DNA of 64,000 nt, from NCBI GenBank assembly GCA_907165135.1, contig OU015566.1:1-64000 (forward strand), read 5' to 3'. Source of the stretch: Oikopleura dioica. Taxonomy: Eukaryota > Animalia > Chordata. The translations under genes were made by a program, and so were the position numbers. This document shows, in pieces, positions 26,136-37,526 of this stretch. The notes below the pieces were generated by a model. It saw only the letters and a list, made by a program, of their open reading frames with translations, did not search any database and was not told the DNA's origin. Position 1 is the stretch's first letter. Each line of letters starts with the position of its first letter.

Positions 26136-27455
26136 TGATATCCTTAGGGATAAATGCCACACCCAAAAAAAAAATTGTTTGCTTTCACAGGTCCCCGGTT
26201 TTCGCTTGTTCGGATATACTGTTTGGTTTGCTAGATCCGTTAGCTTGGTATCACCAAATTGACTGATTTGGTTAATTAAATAGTTTTCACATTTTCTCTC
26301 TTCATCTCGTCTGAAATTGTAAAAAGATGGTCATTTTAACGAGCCAGAATGACCCAAAAATATTGTCTTCGCTTCATTATTCTTCTCGCGCTGAGAATGT
26401 TTCTCAGTTTCATTGGAATGCTCATCATGCTTTCATCATTATCAACGGGTCGGAAATTAATTAAGGGGAATTGTCTAGGATTAATGAGTATGTACGCATA
26501 CTGTTCGAAATCTCTTATTTAATTTACGACCAATTCTAGCACGATTCATCTCAAGTCGACAAAAAAAGTACCTCGCAAAAACAAAATATTATTAGCACTC
26601 TTCTGAATTTTAATTTTATTTGATTACGTTTTGCGAAATTTAGTTCAATTATTGACAGTACATATTCCCGCTCAACGACGCTGCCAACTTCAAGTTCTCC
26701 GTCAACATCACTCTCGCCATCGAAATGGAGGTCGCCGTAACATTCGCGACGCCGTGGGGTCGGGTTTTTCTCTTTGTCAGAAAACCCGCTTGTCGCAAAT
26801 TAGCTAATCCGTAAGAGAAGATACGGTGCGAACCGCGACAGTAACTTCCCCCGGGTACGTTTCTTTAGCTTTGCTTCTTCTTTTTTTAAAATTAAAAATA
26901 GACAAATTCTTTTTAATCTTGACCAAATTTTAATTAATCTGTTTATTTTTAATTCTGTATATATTCTTTTATTTATTTTCATAACTCAAATTACAGTAAC
27001 TCTTACGGTCACATAGTGAGAAGTTTGAGAAGCTGTAATTCTTTTTCTGTTTTTATGTTTCACAAAAATCTTAATTTACGTTTTTATCGCTTTCGTCACC
27101 AGCGGCGCCAGACTCAACGACACCAGAAATAACTTGCTTGGCGAGTTCGACAACCTTCAGTTCAAATCGACAAGAATGCGATCCGAAAGGATTTCCGGAA
27201 AGAAAAACCGCTCTGAAGGCCTTGGGCTTTCTTCCTTGATTTCAAAAACAATGCTTTTCAAAAGCTCAAAAACACCGCTCGTTCAAAAACATGATTTTAT
27301 CGAACCGCTATTTAATTCTGCGCGCCGCTCTTTTTCCTCATTCAAATCACCAATAAATCCAACGTAAATTAAATTTACAAAATTCTCGTTTTTATTCGCT
27401 TGGCATTCTTAGAGTTAGAGACACAGTTTTGCTGCAGGATAGTGCTTTGGTATCA
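26136..27455 (+). repeat. 3' LTR of B
   Basis: Direct repeat of 19175-20493. Confidence 0.95.
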
Positions 27456-28561
27456 CCCAGCGCTCCATACATGTCATTCCACTGTAAAGCTCTTTCTCAA
27501 CAGTCACATACCGAGCTTGTGTTTCTGAAAAATTTCCTGAATGATAAGCGATCTGGCGCAAGCAATTTTCTCCGTGCTCATGCGCTAAGTTAGGAAATCG
27601 ACAAAACGAAAGGCATCCCCCGAAGCCTGTTTCTGAAGCATCCGATTCAAGGACGAATCTACAATTTTTGGGAGGCAATGACAATTGAAGCGCATTACTC
27701 GAAATTATGTCCTTCAATTTTTCAAAGGCTTCAGTTGCCTCTGGAGTCCACTCAAATTTACCTCGATAGGTTTTCGTTATTGGAAGCGCTAGTTCTGCAA
27801 AACTCTCAATAAAACGCCTGTGACTCGAAAGAGCTCCAAATAGCGAAATCGCCTCGTCCCGATCCTTCGGAATTTCTCGATCCTTAATCGCTTCTACTCT
27901 ACTCTGCGAAGGCCGAATACATCCTTTCTCGATTTCAAACCCAAGAAAATCAACTTTTTTCACGCAAAAAATCGCTTTTCTTGCGTTAAGTCGAAGCGAA
28001 TTTACTGCCATTATTTTGAAAAACTTTTGTAAATTTTCCAAATGGGTTTCATAATCTGGGCTGTGGACGATAAGGTCGTCCAAGTACGCTGTAATTTCTG
28101 TCCGCGGAACGTCCTCGAGAACCTTATCTATTACTTTCGCGAAATAACTCGGGGAATTTCTAGTGCCCATAGGCATTCGCTTGAATTGAAATTGGCCGTA
28201 TTCACAACTGAATGCGGTTTTCTCCTTCGAACTCTCTTCAATTGCAATCTGGTGGAAACCCTTGATCATGTCTGCTATACTATAAATTCGGCTCTCCGCT
28301 AAATAGTTGAGTGTGTCCTCAATATTTGGCAACGGGTGATTTGCCTGGACTGTGATGGAATTTAAGCGTCTAAAATCAATAACTAGCCTAAATTTACCAT
28401 TTTTCTTTCTTACTAATAGCAAGGGCGAATTCCATGGACTGTTAGATTTTTCGATTATATCATGGCTTTCGAATAAAGAAAGAAGCTCTTTTAAAAATGG
28501 CCGAAGACTGTACGGAGTGCGGTACGGATCAGAACAAACCGGAGGATGGTTACCGGTATCT
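27456..28561 (-). pseudogene. pol: Family E pol fragment, part 1 (RT and RNase H), no LTR
   Basis: ORF 27415-28422: FRLVIDFRRLN, DMIKGFHQI, YLDD, VLESDAS; distinct from A-D. Confidence 0.92.
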
Positions 28562-30616
28562 AAAATTTTGAAATTTCGTTATTTGCTCTAATTTTATTTG
28601 CAGCGTTTCTGCCGTCTTCCGAGCGTCATTTTGGTTGATTCTGAGCCTCTCAAACCCAACAGAAAAAAAATTCAAAAAAAAAATTTTTTTTTCGATGGTC
28701 ATCGTTATCATGAATCGCCCAAAAACGAGGTCAAAATTTTGAAATTTCGTTTTTTGCCCTAATTTTATTTGCAGCGTTTCTGCCGTCTTCCGAGCGTCAT
28801 TTTGGTTGATTCTGAGCCTCTCAAACCAAACAGAAAAAAAAACCAAAAAAAAAATTTTTTTTTCGATGGTCATCGTTATCATGAATCGCCCAAAAACGAG
28901 GTCAAAATTTTGAAATTTCGTTTTTTGCCCAAATTTTATTTGCAGCGTTTCTGCCGTCTTCCGAGCGTCATTTTGGTTGATACTGAGCCTCTCAAACCCA
29001 ACAGAAAAAATATTCAAAAAAAAAAATTTTTTTTTCGATGGTCATCGTTATCATGAATCGCCCAAAAACGAGGTCAAAATTTTGATATTTCGTTATTTGC
29101 TCTAATTTTATTTGCAGCGTTTCTGCCGTCTTCCGAGCGTCATTTTGGTTGATCTTGAGCCTCTCAAACCCAACAGAAAAAATTCAAAAAATTTTTTTCG
29201 ATGGTCATCGTTATCATGAATCGCCCAAAAACGAGGTCAAAATTTTGAAATTTCGTTTTTGCCCAAATTTTATTTGCAGCGTTTCTGCCGTCTTCCGAGC
29301 GTCATTTTGGTTGATTCTAAGCCTCTCAAACCCAACAGAAAAAATTCAAAAAATTTTTTTTCGATGGTCATCGTTATCATGAATCGCCCAAAAACGAGGT
29401 CAAAATTTTGAAATTTCGTTATTTGCTCTAATTTTATTTGCAGCGTTTCTGCCGTCTACCGAGCGTCATTTTGGTTGATCTTGAGCCTCTCAAACCCAAC
29501 CGAAAAAATTCAAAAAATTTATTTTTCGATGGTCATCGTTATCAGGAATCGCCCAAGAACGAGGTCAAAATTTTTAAATTTCGTTATTTGCTCTAATTTT
29601 ATTTGCAATGTTTCTGCCGTCTTCCGAAAGTCATTTTGGTTGATCTTGAGCCTCTCAAACCCAACAGAAAAAATTCAAAAAATTTTTTTCGATGGTCATC
29701 GTTATCATGAATCGCCCAAAAACGAGGTCAAAATTTTGAAATTTCGTTTTTCGCTCTAATTTTATTTGCAGCGTTTCTGCCGTCTTCCGAGCGTCATTTT
29801 GGTTGATTCTGAGCCTCTCAAACCCAACAGAGAAAATATTCAAAAAAAAAATTTTTTTTTCGATGGTCATCGTTATCATGAATCGCCCAAAAACGAGGTC
29901 AAAATTTTGAAATTTCGTTATTTGCTCTGATTTTATTTGCAGCGTTTCTGCCGTCTACCGAGCGTCATTTTGGTTGATCTTGAGCCTCTCAAACCCAACA
30001 GAAAAAATTCAAAAAAATTTTTTCGATCGTCATCGTTATCATGAATCGCCCAAGAACGAGGTCAAAATTTTTAAATTTCGTTTTTTGCCCTAATTTTATT
30101 TGCAGCGTTTCTGCCGTCTTCCGAGCGTCATTTTGGTTGATTCTGAGCCTCTCAAACCCAACAGAAAAAATATTCAAAAATAAATTTTTTTCGATGGTCA
30201 TCGTTATCATGAATCGCCCAAAAACGAGGTCAAAATTTTGAAATTTCGTTTTTGCCTTAATTTTATTTGCAGCGTTTCTGCCGTCTTCCGAGCGTCATTT
30301 TGGTTGATACTGAGCCTCTCAAACCCAACAGAAAAATATTCAAAAAAATTTTTTTCGATGGTCATCGTTATCATGAATCGCCCAAAAACGAGGTCAAAAT
30401 TTTGAAATTTCGTTATTTGCTCTAATTTTATTTGCAGCGTTTCTGCCGTCTTCCGAGCGTCATTTTGGTTGATTCTGAGCCTCTCAAACCCAACAGAAAA
30501 AATTCAAAAAATTTTTTTCGATGGTCATCGTTATCATGAATCGCCCAAAAACGAGGTCAAAATTTTGAAATTTCGTTTTTTGCCCTAATTTTATTTGCAG
30601 CGTTTCTGCCGTCTTC
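28562..30616 (-). repeat. ~170 bp satellite, array 3, inverted orientation
   Basis: Reverse complement of 5065-7119 with the same monomer-variant order. Confidence 0.96.
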
Positions 30617-31916
30617 TGATATCCTTAGGGAACAACGCCTCAAGCAATACAAAAAAATTTATTTCACGGCCAAATATTTACGTCAATTCGGTTCTACGTT
30701 GGTTTAAATTTGTCTTGTCAATTTGGTATTACCAAATTGATCCGACATTTTTCCGAAAATCATTTCACGATATTCTTCTCAAAATGAAAAGATGGTCAGT
30801 TTTTACGAGCCAGATTGACCCAAAATTGTCTTATCATCATGTCATCTCTTTACGATTTGTACTTTTATCATTGGAATGCTCATATGCTCTCATCATAATC
30901 AACGGGTCGGAAACTAATTAAGGGTTTATTCAGTCTAGGATTAATGTGTATGTACGCATACTTTGGAAAAAATCTTAATTCGTTTCTGACTATTCTAGTG
31001 CGATCTGACGTCCATTCATCAAAAATATGCAATTCGCAAAACCGCATGTTTAATCTTTTTATTGATATTTCTTATCATTGCTTTGCGATTTTAAAAGTTC
31101 GATTATTGACAGTTCATACGATTCAACTTCTACAACAAGATAGCCGTCAACACCTTCTTCAACAACAACTACTCCAACGAGCCGATAAACCGTCGTATCA
31201 TCTCGGTGCCGTGGGGTCGGACAAACTCTCTGTCAGTGCGTCCGCTTGTCGCAAACTAGCTCATCCGTAAGAGAAGATACTGTGCGAACCGCGACAGTAA
31301 CTTCCCCCGGGTATGTTCCTTGGAATTTGCTTCTTCTATGATTTCAATTTTGATAAATTTATTTTATAAAATCCTGACCAAATTTTATTCAATTTATTTG
31401 TTAAAATTTTGTACATATTCTTTTACTTTTCTCATCCCTTTTTTATATATTTCAATCTTAATTAACAGTCACTTCTACGGTCACATAGTGAGAAGTTTTA
31501 GTGGCTGTTATTATTTTCTGCTTTTTATTATGAAAAAAATTAATTTGCGTTTTATCTCGTCACGCGCGGCGCCGGCTCCAGAATCCTTTGAAAATAACTT
31601 GCTTGGCAAGTTCGACCAGCTTATCATCCGAAAAGAAATCGATCCGAAAGGATTTCCCGCTAGAAAAACCGTCAGAGAAAGCCACGGGCTCTCTTCCTTG
31701 TTTTCAAAAGAAAAATTGTTTTTCAAAAACAACCGCTTGTTCAAAAACACTGATTGAATCTCGCTGCTATTTAACCCCGCGTCGCGCCTTTTTCCGGCAT
31801 TCAAATCACAAATAAAACCACGCAAATTTCAAATTTGATTCTCGATATTTTCGCTTGGCATTCTAGAGTAAGAGATTAGAGAGCAAAATTCCTGCAGGAC
31901 AGCCGCTTCCGTATCA
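30617..31916 (+). repeat. 5' LTR of A2
   Basis: TGATATCC...GTATCA followed by PBS. Confidence 0.95.
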
Positions 31917-33025
31917 TGGTGACTCCAACTCCTGAAGAGGTACTGTACAAGAGTCATGCGCTTTTTTCGGTTTCCCCAAATCAGATGATTAGATTAGGAA
32001 TGAGAAATTTCGAATTTCATTTGATTAACTCTACAATCAAAGACAAATTACAGCGAGCAAAATGGATTTTTGAAAAATCTCTCGCGGAAAATAAACCCGA
32101 AAACAAAGAGGACCTCGAGGCTCAATTTTCGCGCCTTTCAAGTTCTTTTGTTTATAATTCATGCGAGCCAGAATTTCTTAGGGAATACGGGGAAGATCTT
32201 TATGGATTTGAATCAGCTGAGGAAAAATTGTCTTTTTTGACTTCTGTTTTTGGCGACGAATCGCCCGAGGAAAAGATCCTTCGAAACAAAGAGAAAATGG
32301 AAAATCTCGCTCGTATGAGCGAGAATAATGAAAAGTTCGAGATTTTTTTGTCACGTGTCAAAACGGTCGCGGAGAAGATTACGCAGAAACCAGATGCGAG
32401 AGAATACATTATCGACGCGCAATTTAGAAAATCGCTAACGCCCGAACTGCAGAATTTTCTTCGCGATCAGTGTATGCTTGAAAAAACCCCCGAGGAAATA
32501 TCCAAATTTCTTGACAAAAGAAAACGAAATGAGACTGTCCCCAAAATTGCCCAAATCGAGATTGACGCGAAACTGGGCTCGTTTTTCCAGTCGACTTCTG
32601 ACTTAATTTCGAAATCGACAATGTCCTTTGAGGATCAAATTGCTCAATTGAAAATTGAACAGAAAAAATCAGAAGAGGCGGCGGAAAAACGGGCATGTGC
32701 GCTACATGATCAAATTGAAAAACTAACGGCAACAATTGCAAAATTGGAAGTTGATCGCCGAAACGATCAGAGTTTGACGCGCCAAAATAACCAGCAACGG
32801 AATTTTCAAAGTCGAAATTTGGGCGCGCCAAACTCAGATCGGCAAAGGCCACGACGATTTTGTGGATTTTGTAACACAGACACTCATTTTAGATCGCATT
32901 GCCCCTTTATAACCTGTCATTTTTGTCAGAAAAAAGGCCACATGAAAACGGCCTGTCCCGATAATCCCGATAGAATTTACAGAGCTGCTCGGGTCGAGGG
33001 AGAAGAAACTTCAAAAAACGAGTAA
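31916..33025 (+). CDS. gag: Gag of A2, 369 aa, intact, two CCHC knuckles
   Basis: CGFCNTDTHFRSHC and CHFCQKKGHMKTAC. Confidence 0.95.
   Translation: MVTPTPEEVLYKSHALFSVSPNQMIRLGMRNFEFHLINSTIKDKLQRAKWIFEKSLAENKPENKEDLEAQFSRLSSSFVYNSCEPEFLREYGEDLYGFESAEEKLSFLTSVFGDESPEEKILRNKEKMENLARMSENNEKFEIFLSRVKTVAEKITQKPDAREYIIDAQFRKSLTPELQNFLRDQCMLEKTPEEISKFLDKRKRNETVPKIAQIEIDAKLGSFFQSTSDLISKSTMSFEDQIAQLKIEQKKSEEAAEKRACALHDQIEKLTATIAKLEVDRRNDQSLTRQNNQQRNFQSRNLGAPNSDRQRPRRFCGFCNTDTHFRSHCPFITCHFCQKKGHMKTACPDNPDRIYRAARVEGEETSKNE
33013..33019 (+). promoter_or_regulatory. -1 ribosomal frameshift slippery heptamer A AAA AAC at the gag-pol junction
   Basis: In the gag frame (tcA AAA AAC gag taa); the -1 frame is open into the protease; same heptamer at 21605-21611 and 47135-47141 (-). 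Confidence 0.75.
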
Positions 33026-36000
33026 ATAGAACTGAAAGCCCTGGTCAGGCACCAGTTCCAAGAACTTGTTCAATTTTTCGCATTGGATTACAATATTTTG
33101 TAGAAATGACAATTTTTTCAAAGAAAATAAAAATGCTCGTCGATTCAGGTTCCCAACTTAATCTTTTGCCCAAATCATTTATTCCCGATAATGTTAAAAT
33201 TCAAGCCCCTGATATTTTTGCTAAAAATTATGGTGGAGGAAGTATTGAAATTCTTGGTTTTGTTGAATGTGATTTTCATGTTAAAACGGAAAAATGGGGT
33301 AAATCACGATTTTACATTGTAAATGACAATTGTGAGGCGATTCTCGGTTCGGAAGCACTCAAATCTAATGAATTAATGATTAATCTTCATCGTAATCGTC
33401 TTGTTAAATCTGGTCCTATCGAGCGAATGGCGAATTTATGTAATAATTCATCAAAAAGCCCAAAAATTAATAACATTGAGCATGACAGTTTTTATGCCGT
33501 TTCTGAACAAAATTTCACATTCAGAGGCAAAAGTGAGCAAATAATCGATTTGAAAATTCCTCATTTGAATAGATCAATGAATCTTTTTTTAGAAAAAAGT
33601 CAGCTTAGAAATTCCAAGCTCGAATTAATAGAATCATTTCAAAGAGTTGATCCAGAAAATCCATTTTTTCGAGTTCTTGTCATAAACCCTCTTAATTCGA
33701 CAATAAAAATTCCCGCTGGCACGGCCTTCGCAAAACTTGCAGAAATAGCTGAAATCGCGTGCATAAAGCCCTCTAAAAGGATCTTGATTTTCTTCTTTCA
33801 CGATTAAAAATAGGCAATTTATCGGAGAGCAATAAGCCAAGATTTTTCGATCTTCTCGGCATTTATACTCATTTGTTTCAAGACGAGGACGACGATTTGC
33901 CTGTCTCGAACCTTGAAAAATTTTCGATTGAACTTGAGACTGATCGCCCGATTTGTAGCAATATGTACAGAACGCCGTATGCCTTGCGGGGAGTAATGAC
34001 CGGTACTCTTACCTCCTACCTTGGGCAAGACATAATAATGCGAGTAAATTCACCCTATAATAGCCCCGCGTTACTCGTAAGAAAACGAAATGGTACATTC
34101 AGATTGTGTATAGATTACAGGAAATTAAATTCATTCACGCTTCAGCAGCATCACCCGCTGCAACAAATTGAGGACGTTTTAGGATTTTTAGAGAATAGCC
34201 TTATTTTTTCTTGCGTGGATTTGCGTAAAGGATTTCATCAGTGCCTCGTGGATGAGAAATCGCGAGAAAAACTAGCTTTTTCGACTGAAGACGGACAATT
34301 TACTTGGAAAAGACTTCCAATGGGTCTTAAAAATGCCCCTATTCATTTCGCAAAATGTATGGATGTTATTTTACGAGACACGCCAAAAACTCAAATTTGC
34401 GCATATCTTGATGATTTAGTGGTCCATTCAAGAACAGAAGAAGAACACCTAGCCAATTTATGTAAATTTTTCAAATTTTAGATCAAAATAATTTACGAAT
34501 TAATATTGACAAAGCGAGTTTCTTTGAGCGAAAAGCATGCATTTTGGGTTTTGAAATTTTTAACGGGAGAATACGGCCATCACAGGACAAGATCGAGGCG
34601 GTTAAAAATCTTTCTATTCCAAGAAATCGTGAGGAGGCACAATCACTTTTTGGCCTTCTTTCGCAGCACAGAAAATTTATTAAAAATTTTGCACCCCTGG
34701 GAGTAGAAATTTCAAAAACGTACAGAGGTTCATTTTGTTGGACAAAAGAGGCGACAATTGCACTCGAAAAGCTCAAAAGTATCATCTGCCAAAACACCCT
34801 TGAGCTCAAAATCCCCCCACTAAATAACGGTGTTTTTGTACTTGAGACTGACGCATCTAATCATAGTCTCGGTGGAGTTCTTTATCTTTGCGCGGAGCGG
34901 AATAAAAATCACCATCATTCGCATAACTGCTTGCAACCGATAGCTTATCACTCGCTTAATTTCACGCCGGCACAACAGAAATACGGAACATTGGAAAAAG
35001 AGCTTTATAGTGGAAAAACATGTATGGAACGATGGAGGGCTTATCTTGCTTATGTCGATTTTCTTTGGATTACTGATAATTCTTGTGTGAAATACGCTCA
35101 ATCCTTTAAGACAAGTAATTTAAAAATTCAAAGATGGTTTACGGAGCTTCAGGGCTTTTCATTTCGAATTGAACAAAGAAAAACTCATCAGATGAAAATA
35201 AGTGATTGCCTTAGTCGTAATACATTAAATTGTTCAATCAATCAAATTAGGTTCACCCCTGAATCATTTGTAGAATTCCAAAAATCTGACCGAGTATTAT
35301 CACAAGTTAGACGTTTCGTTAGTATTGATAGATGGCCAAATAACCCACCAAGTGAGCTTTACCCATTCTTTTTACGTAGACCTGACCTTGAAATCCTTGA
35401 GACCGGGGAACTAGCTATAAACTCTCCAGCCCATCAAAAAAGATTTTGCGTCCCCGAGGCATTGACAGAAACAATTTGCAGCGAATATCATGATCACTCT
35501 CATTTTGGAATCGATATTACAGCCGAAAAAATTTCTAGAAAGTATTTTTGGCCGGGATTAAAAAATACAGTCGCGAGCTTTATCAAATCATGTCACAAAT
35601 GTCAAATTTCAAAACCAAATCTACAACCAAATAAACCCCCTTTAGGTAAATCTGAAACACCAAGCGGCCCATTTGAAATTTTGTACTTCGATTTGATCGG
35701 CCCACTTCAAGAAACTGATTTTGGTCATAAATATGTAATGGTGGTTATTGACGGTTTCAGCAAGAAAGTTTATGCGGAGCCCTTGTCTTCTAAAAAATCG
35801 GATCATTTACTGCAGAAATTCCGTAGCGTATTATTTAGAAATCCTAAATTTCCAAAATATATGGTTTTAGATAACGCGAAGGAACACGTTTTGATTGAAA
35901 AATTTTTGAAAGAAAATAAAATTGGTGTGCATTATATTCCCCCGCGTCATCCCCAATCTAACGGGCAAGTTGAAAACGTCAATCGAACCATAAAAGCCAG

Positions 36001-37477
36001 GCTCAGGGCTCGTTCAAACTGGGTGAATTGGGATATTTTTCTGTTTGAAATTGTTCATGAAATAAACAGTAGTTTACATACAGTGCTCGGAACAACCCCA
36101 TTTTGTGTAGAAACTGGTGTAAAAATCAGTCATCATTTTCAAGACCCTTATTGGCGAACATACGGAGATAAAATCGACGTTGACTTTGAGAAAATTCGTG
36201 CGAAAATTGAACAAGAAAAGCAAAAAAGAATGATCAAATTTGATAATCCCCGTTTCAAAGAATATGATTTAGGCGATAAAGTTCTTATAAAAAATTTCCG
36301 CGAAAAATTCCCTCCCTTTTTGGGTCCCTATGAAGTAACGTTTAAATCCCCGAGTGGTCTATGGTACACTGTTAAAAATGATAAGGACGAATTTAGGCGA
36401 CATGCAGAGCATATAAAAAGCTATTCTGAACGAAATTCAATTTTAGAGACGAATAATAATGTTGTAAAATACCCGAAGACTGTGACAAAACCACAAGAAA
36501 ATGATCTCGAGCTTTTTGAAATTTTTTCTGAAAACTGTCTTTTTTCGAAGGATTCCCTCGGTCGGTTTGATGAAGATTTCTCTACAGAAAAAGAATCGGA
36601 AAAAGCGCATGAACCTTTATCCTCTGAAATGTCAGATCAGTCATTACAATCGGAACCTTATCGGGAGCGGTCTAGTTCTTCTTTAGAACCAGAAAATGTT
36701 TCATCCTCTTCGACTCTTTTGATAGAAATGCCATTACCGAAAATTTATCGTAATCAAGAACCTGATTTGAATCAAGTAGGAAATGGATCAGATATTGTGC
36801 TTGATTCCGAGAAATCAAGTTCTGATTCTGAGCTTTCTGTTAATTTGACATCGTATGATAAATTGCCCGAAATTGATCCGCTAGTTGCTCTAAAACGAAG
36901 AAGGGAAAGATCTGATGATTCCGTTGTCGAGCGTAAAATTGCTAAATTTACAGTGGAAAATAATTTGGAAAACATGTCAATTTTAATTAAAATGGAAAAT
37001 CATGATCTTGACTTTTTTGAACATCTAAATGATAAATGGAAAAATACAGACGACATAGAGGAGACTTATGTTGAAAATGGTATATTTATCAAACTAAACG
37101 AATTAACAAGAGACTCACTTTTATTTATTCTTTTTAAAATGAATCAGGACTTTGATCTTGAGGAATCAAGGGCGAAACTTCAGATAAAAGTGAAGGAAAC
37201 TATTCGTAGAGAATATCCGAATTGGCGTAAATCGAGAAACGGACAACTTCTTTTTTTTGCGGTCTTTAGAGTGCAAAAAGAGCGAACGTTGTACGAACTA
37301 ACTGTCCCCGAGCTAAAGACTGTTTGCGCTTTTTATGATTTACCCTGTAAGTTTAAAAACTGCTCCAAGACAATCTTACAGGCATCTATCGAAACAGAAT
37401 TGCTGAAAAAATTTCCAAATCATCCGATGCGAAAAAATGTTCTTGTTTTTCTTCCTGACTTTGAAACTGAAATATGA
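33013..37477 (+). CDS. pol: Pol of A2 (PR VDSG, RT YLDD, RNase H, IN HHCC/DDE/GPY, acidic linker, tandem HEH-like tail)
   Basis: ORFs 33106-33807, 33873-34481 and 34544-37477; integrase and tail are in one frame. Confidence 0.94.
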
Positions 37478-37526
37478 AAAAGAAAGGCAAAAAAGATGCT
37501 CGTTTGCGACCCATGGAAGGTCACAG

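Larger units (their letters stand above)
19175..27455 (+). mobile_element. Full-length gypsy LTR retrotransposon family B nested in the E fragment, TSD CCCAG
   Basis: LTRs 19175-20493 and 26136-27455; CCCAG at 19170-19174 and 27456-27460. Confidence 0.96.

Noticed and set aside
31320-31757. 145-aa hydrophobic ORF in the A LTR as a possible env
   Set aside because: Non-ATG start, the hydrophobic part comes from a T-rich intron-like tract, and the frame is not conserved in B or A'
33780-34545. Frameshifts suggesting A2, B and C are pseudogenes
   Set aside because: They fall mostly in homopolymers and differ between otherwise identical A copies (A3 is open here), so they are probably sequencing indels
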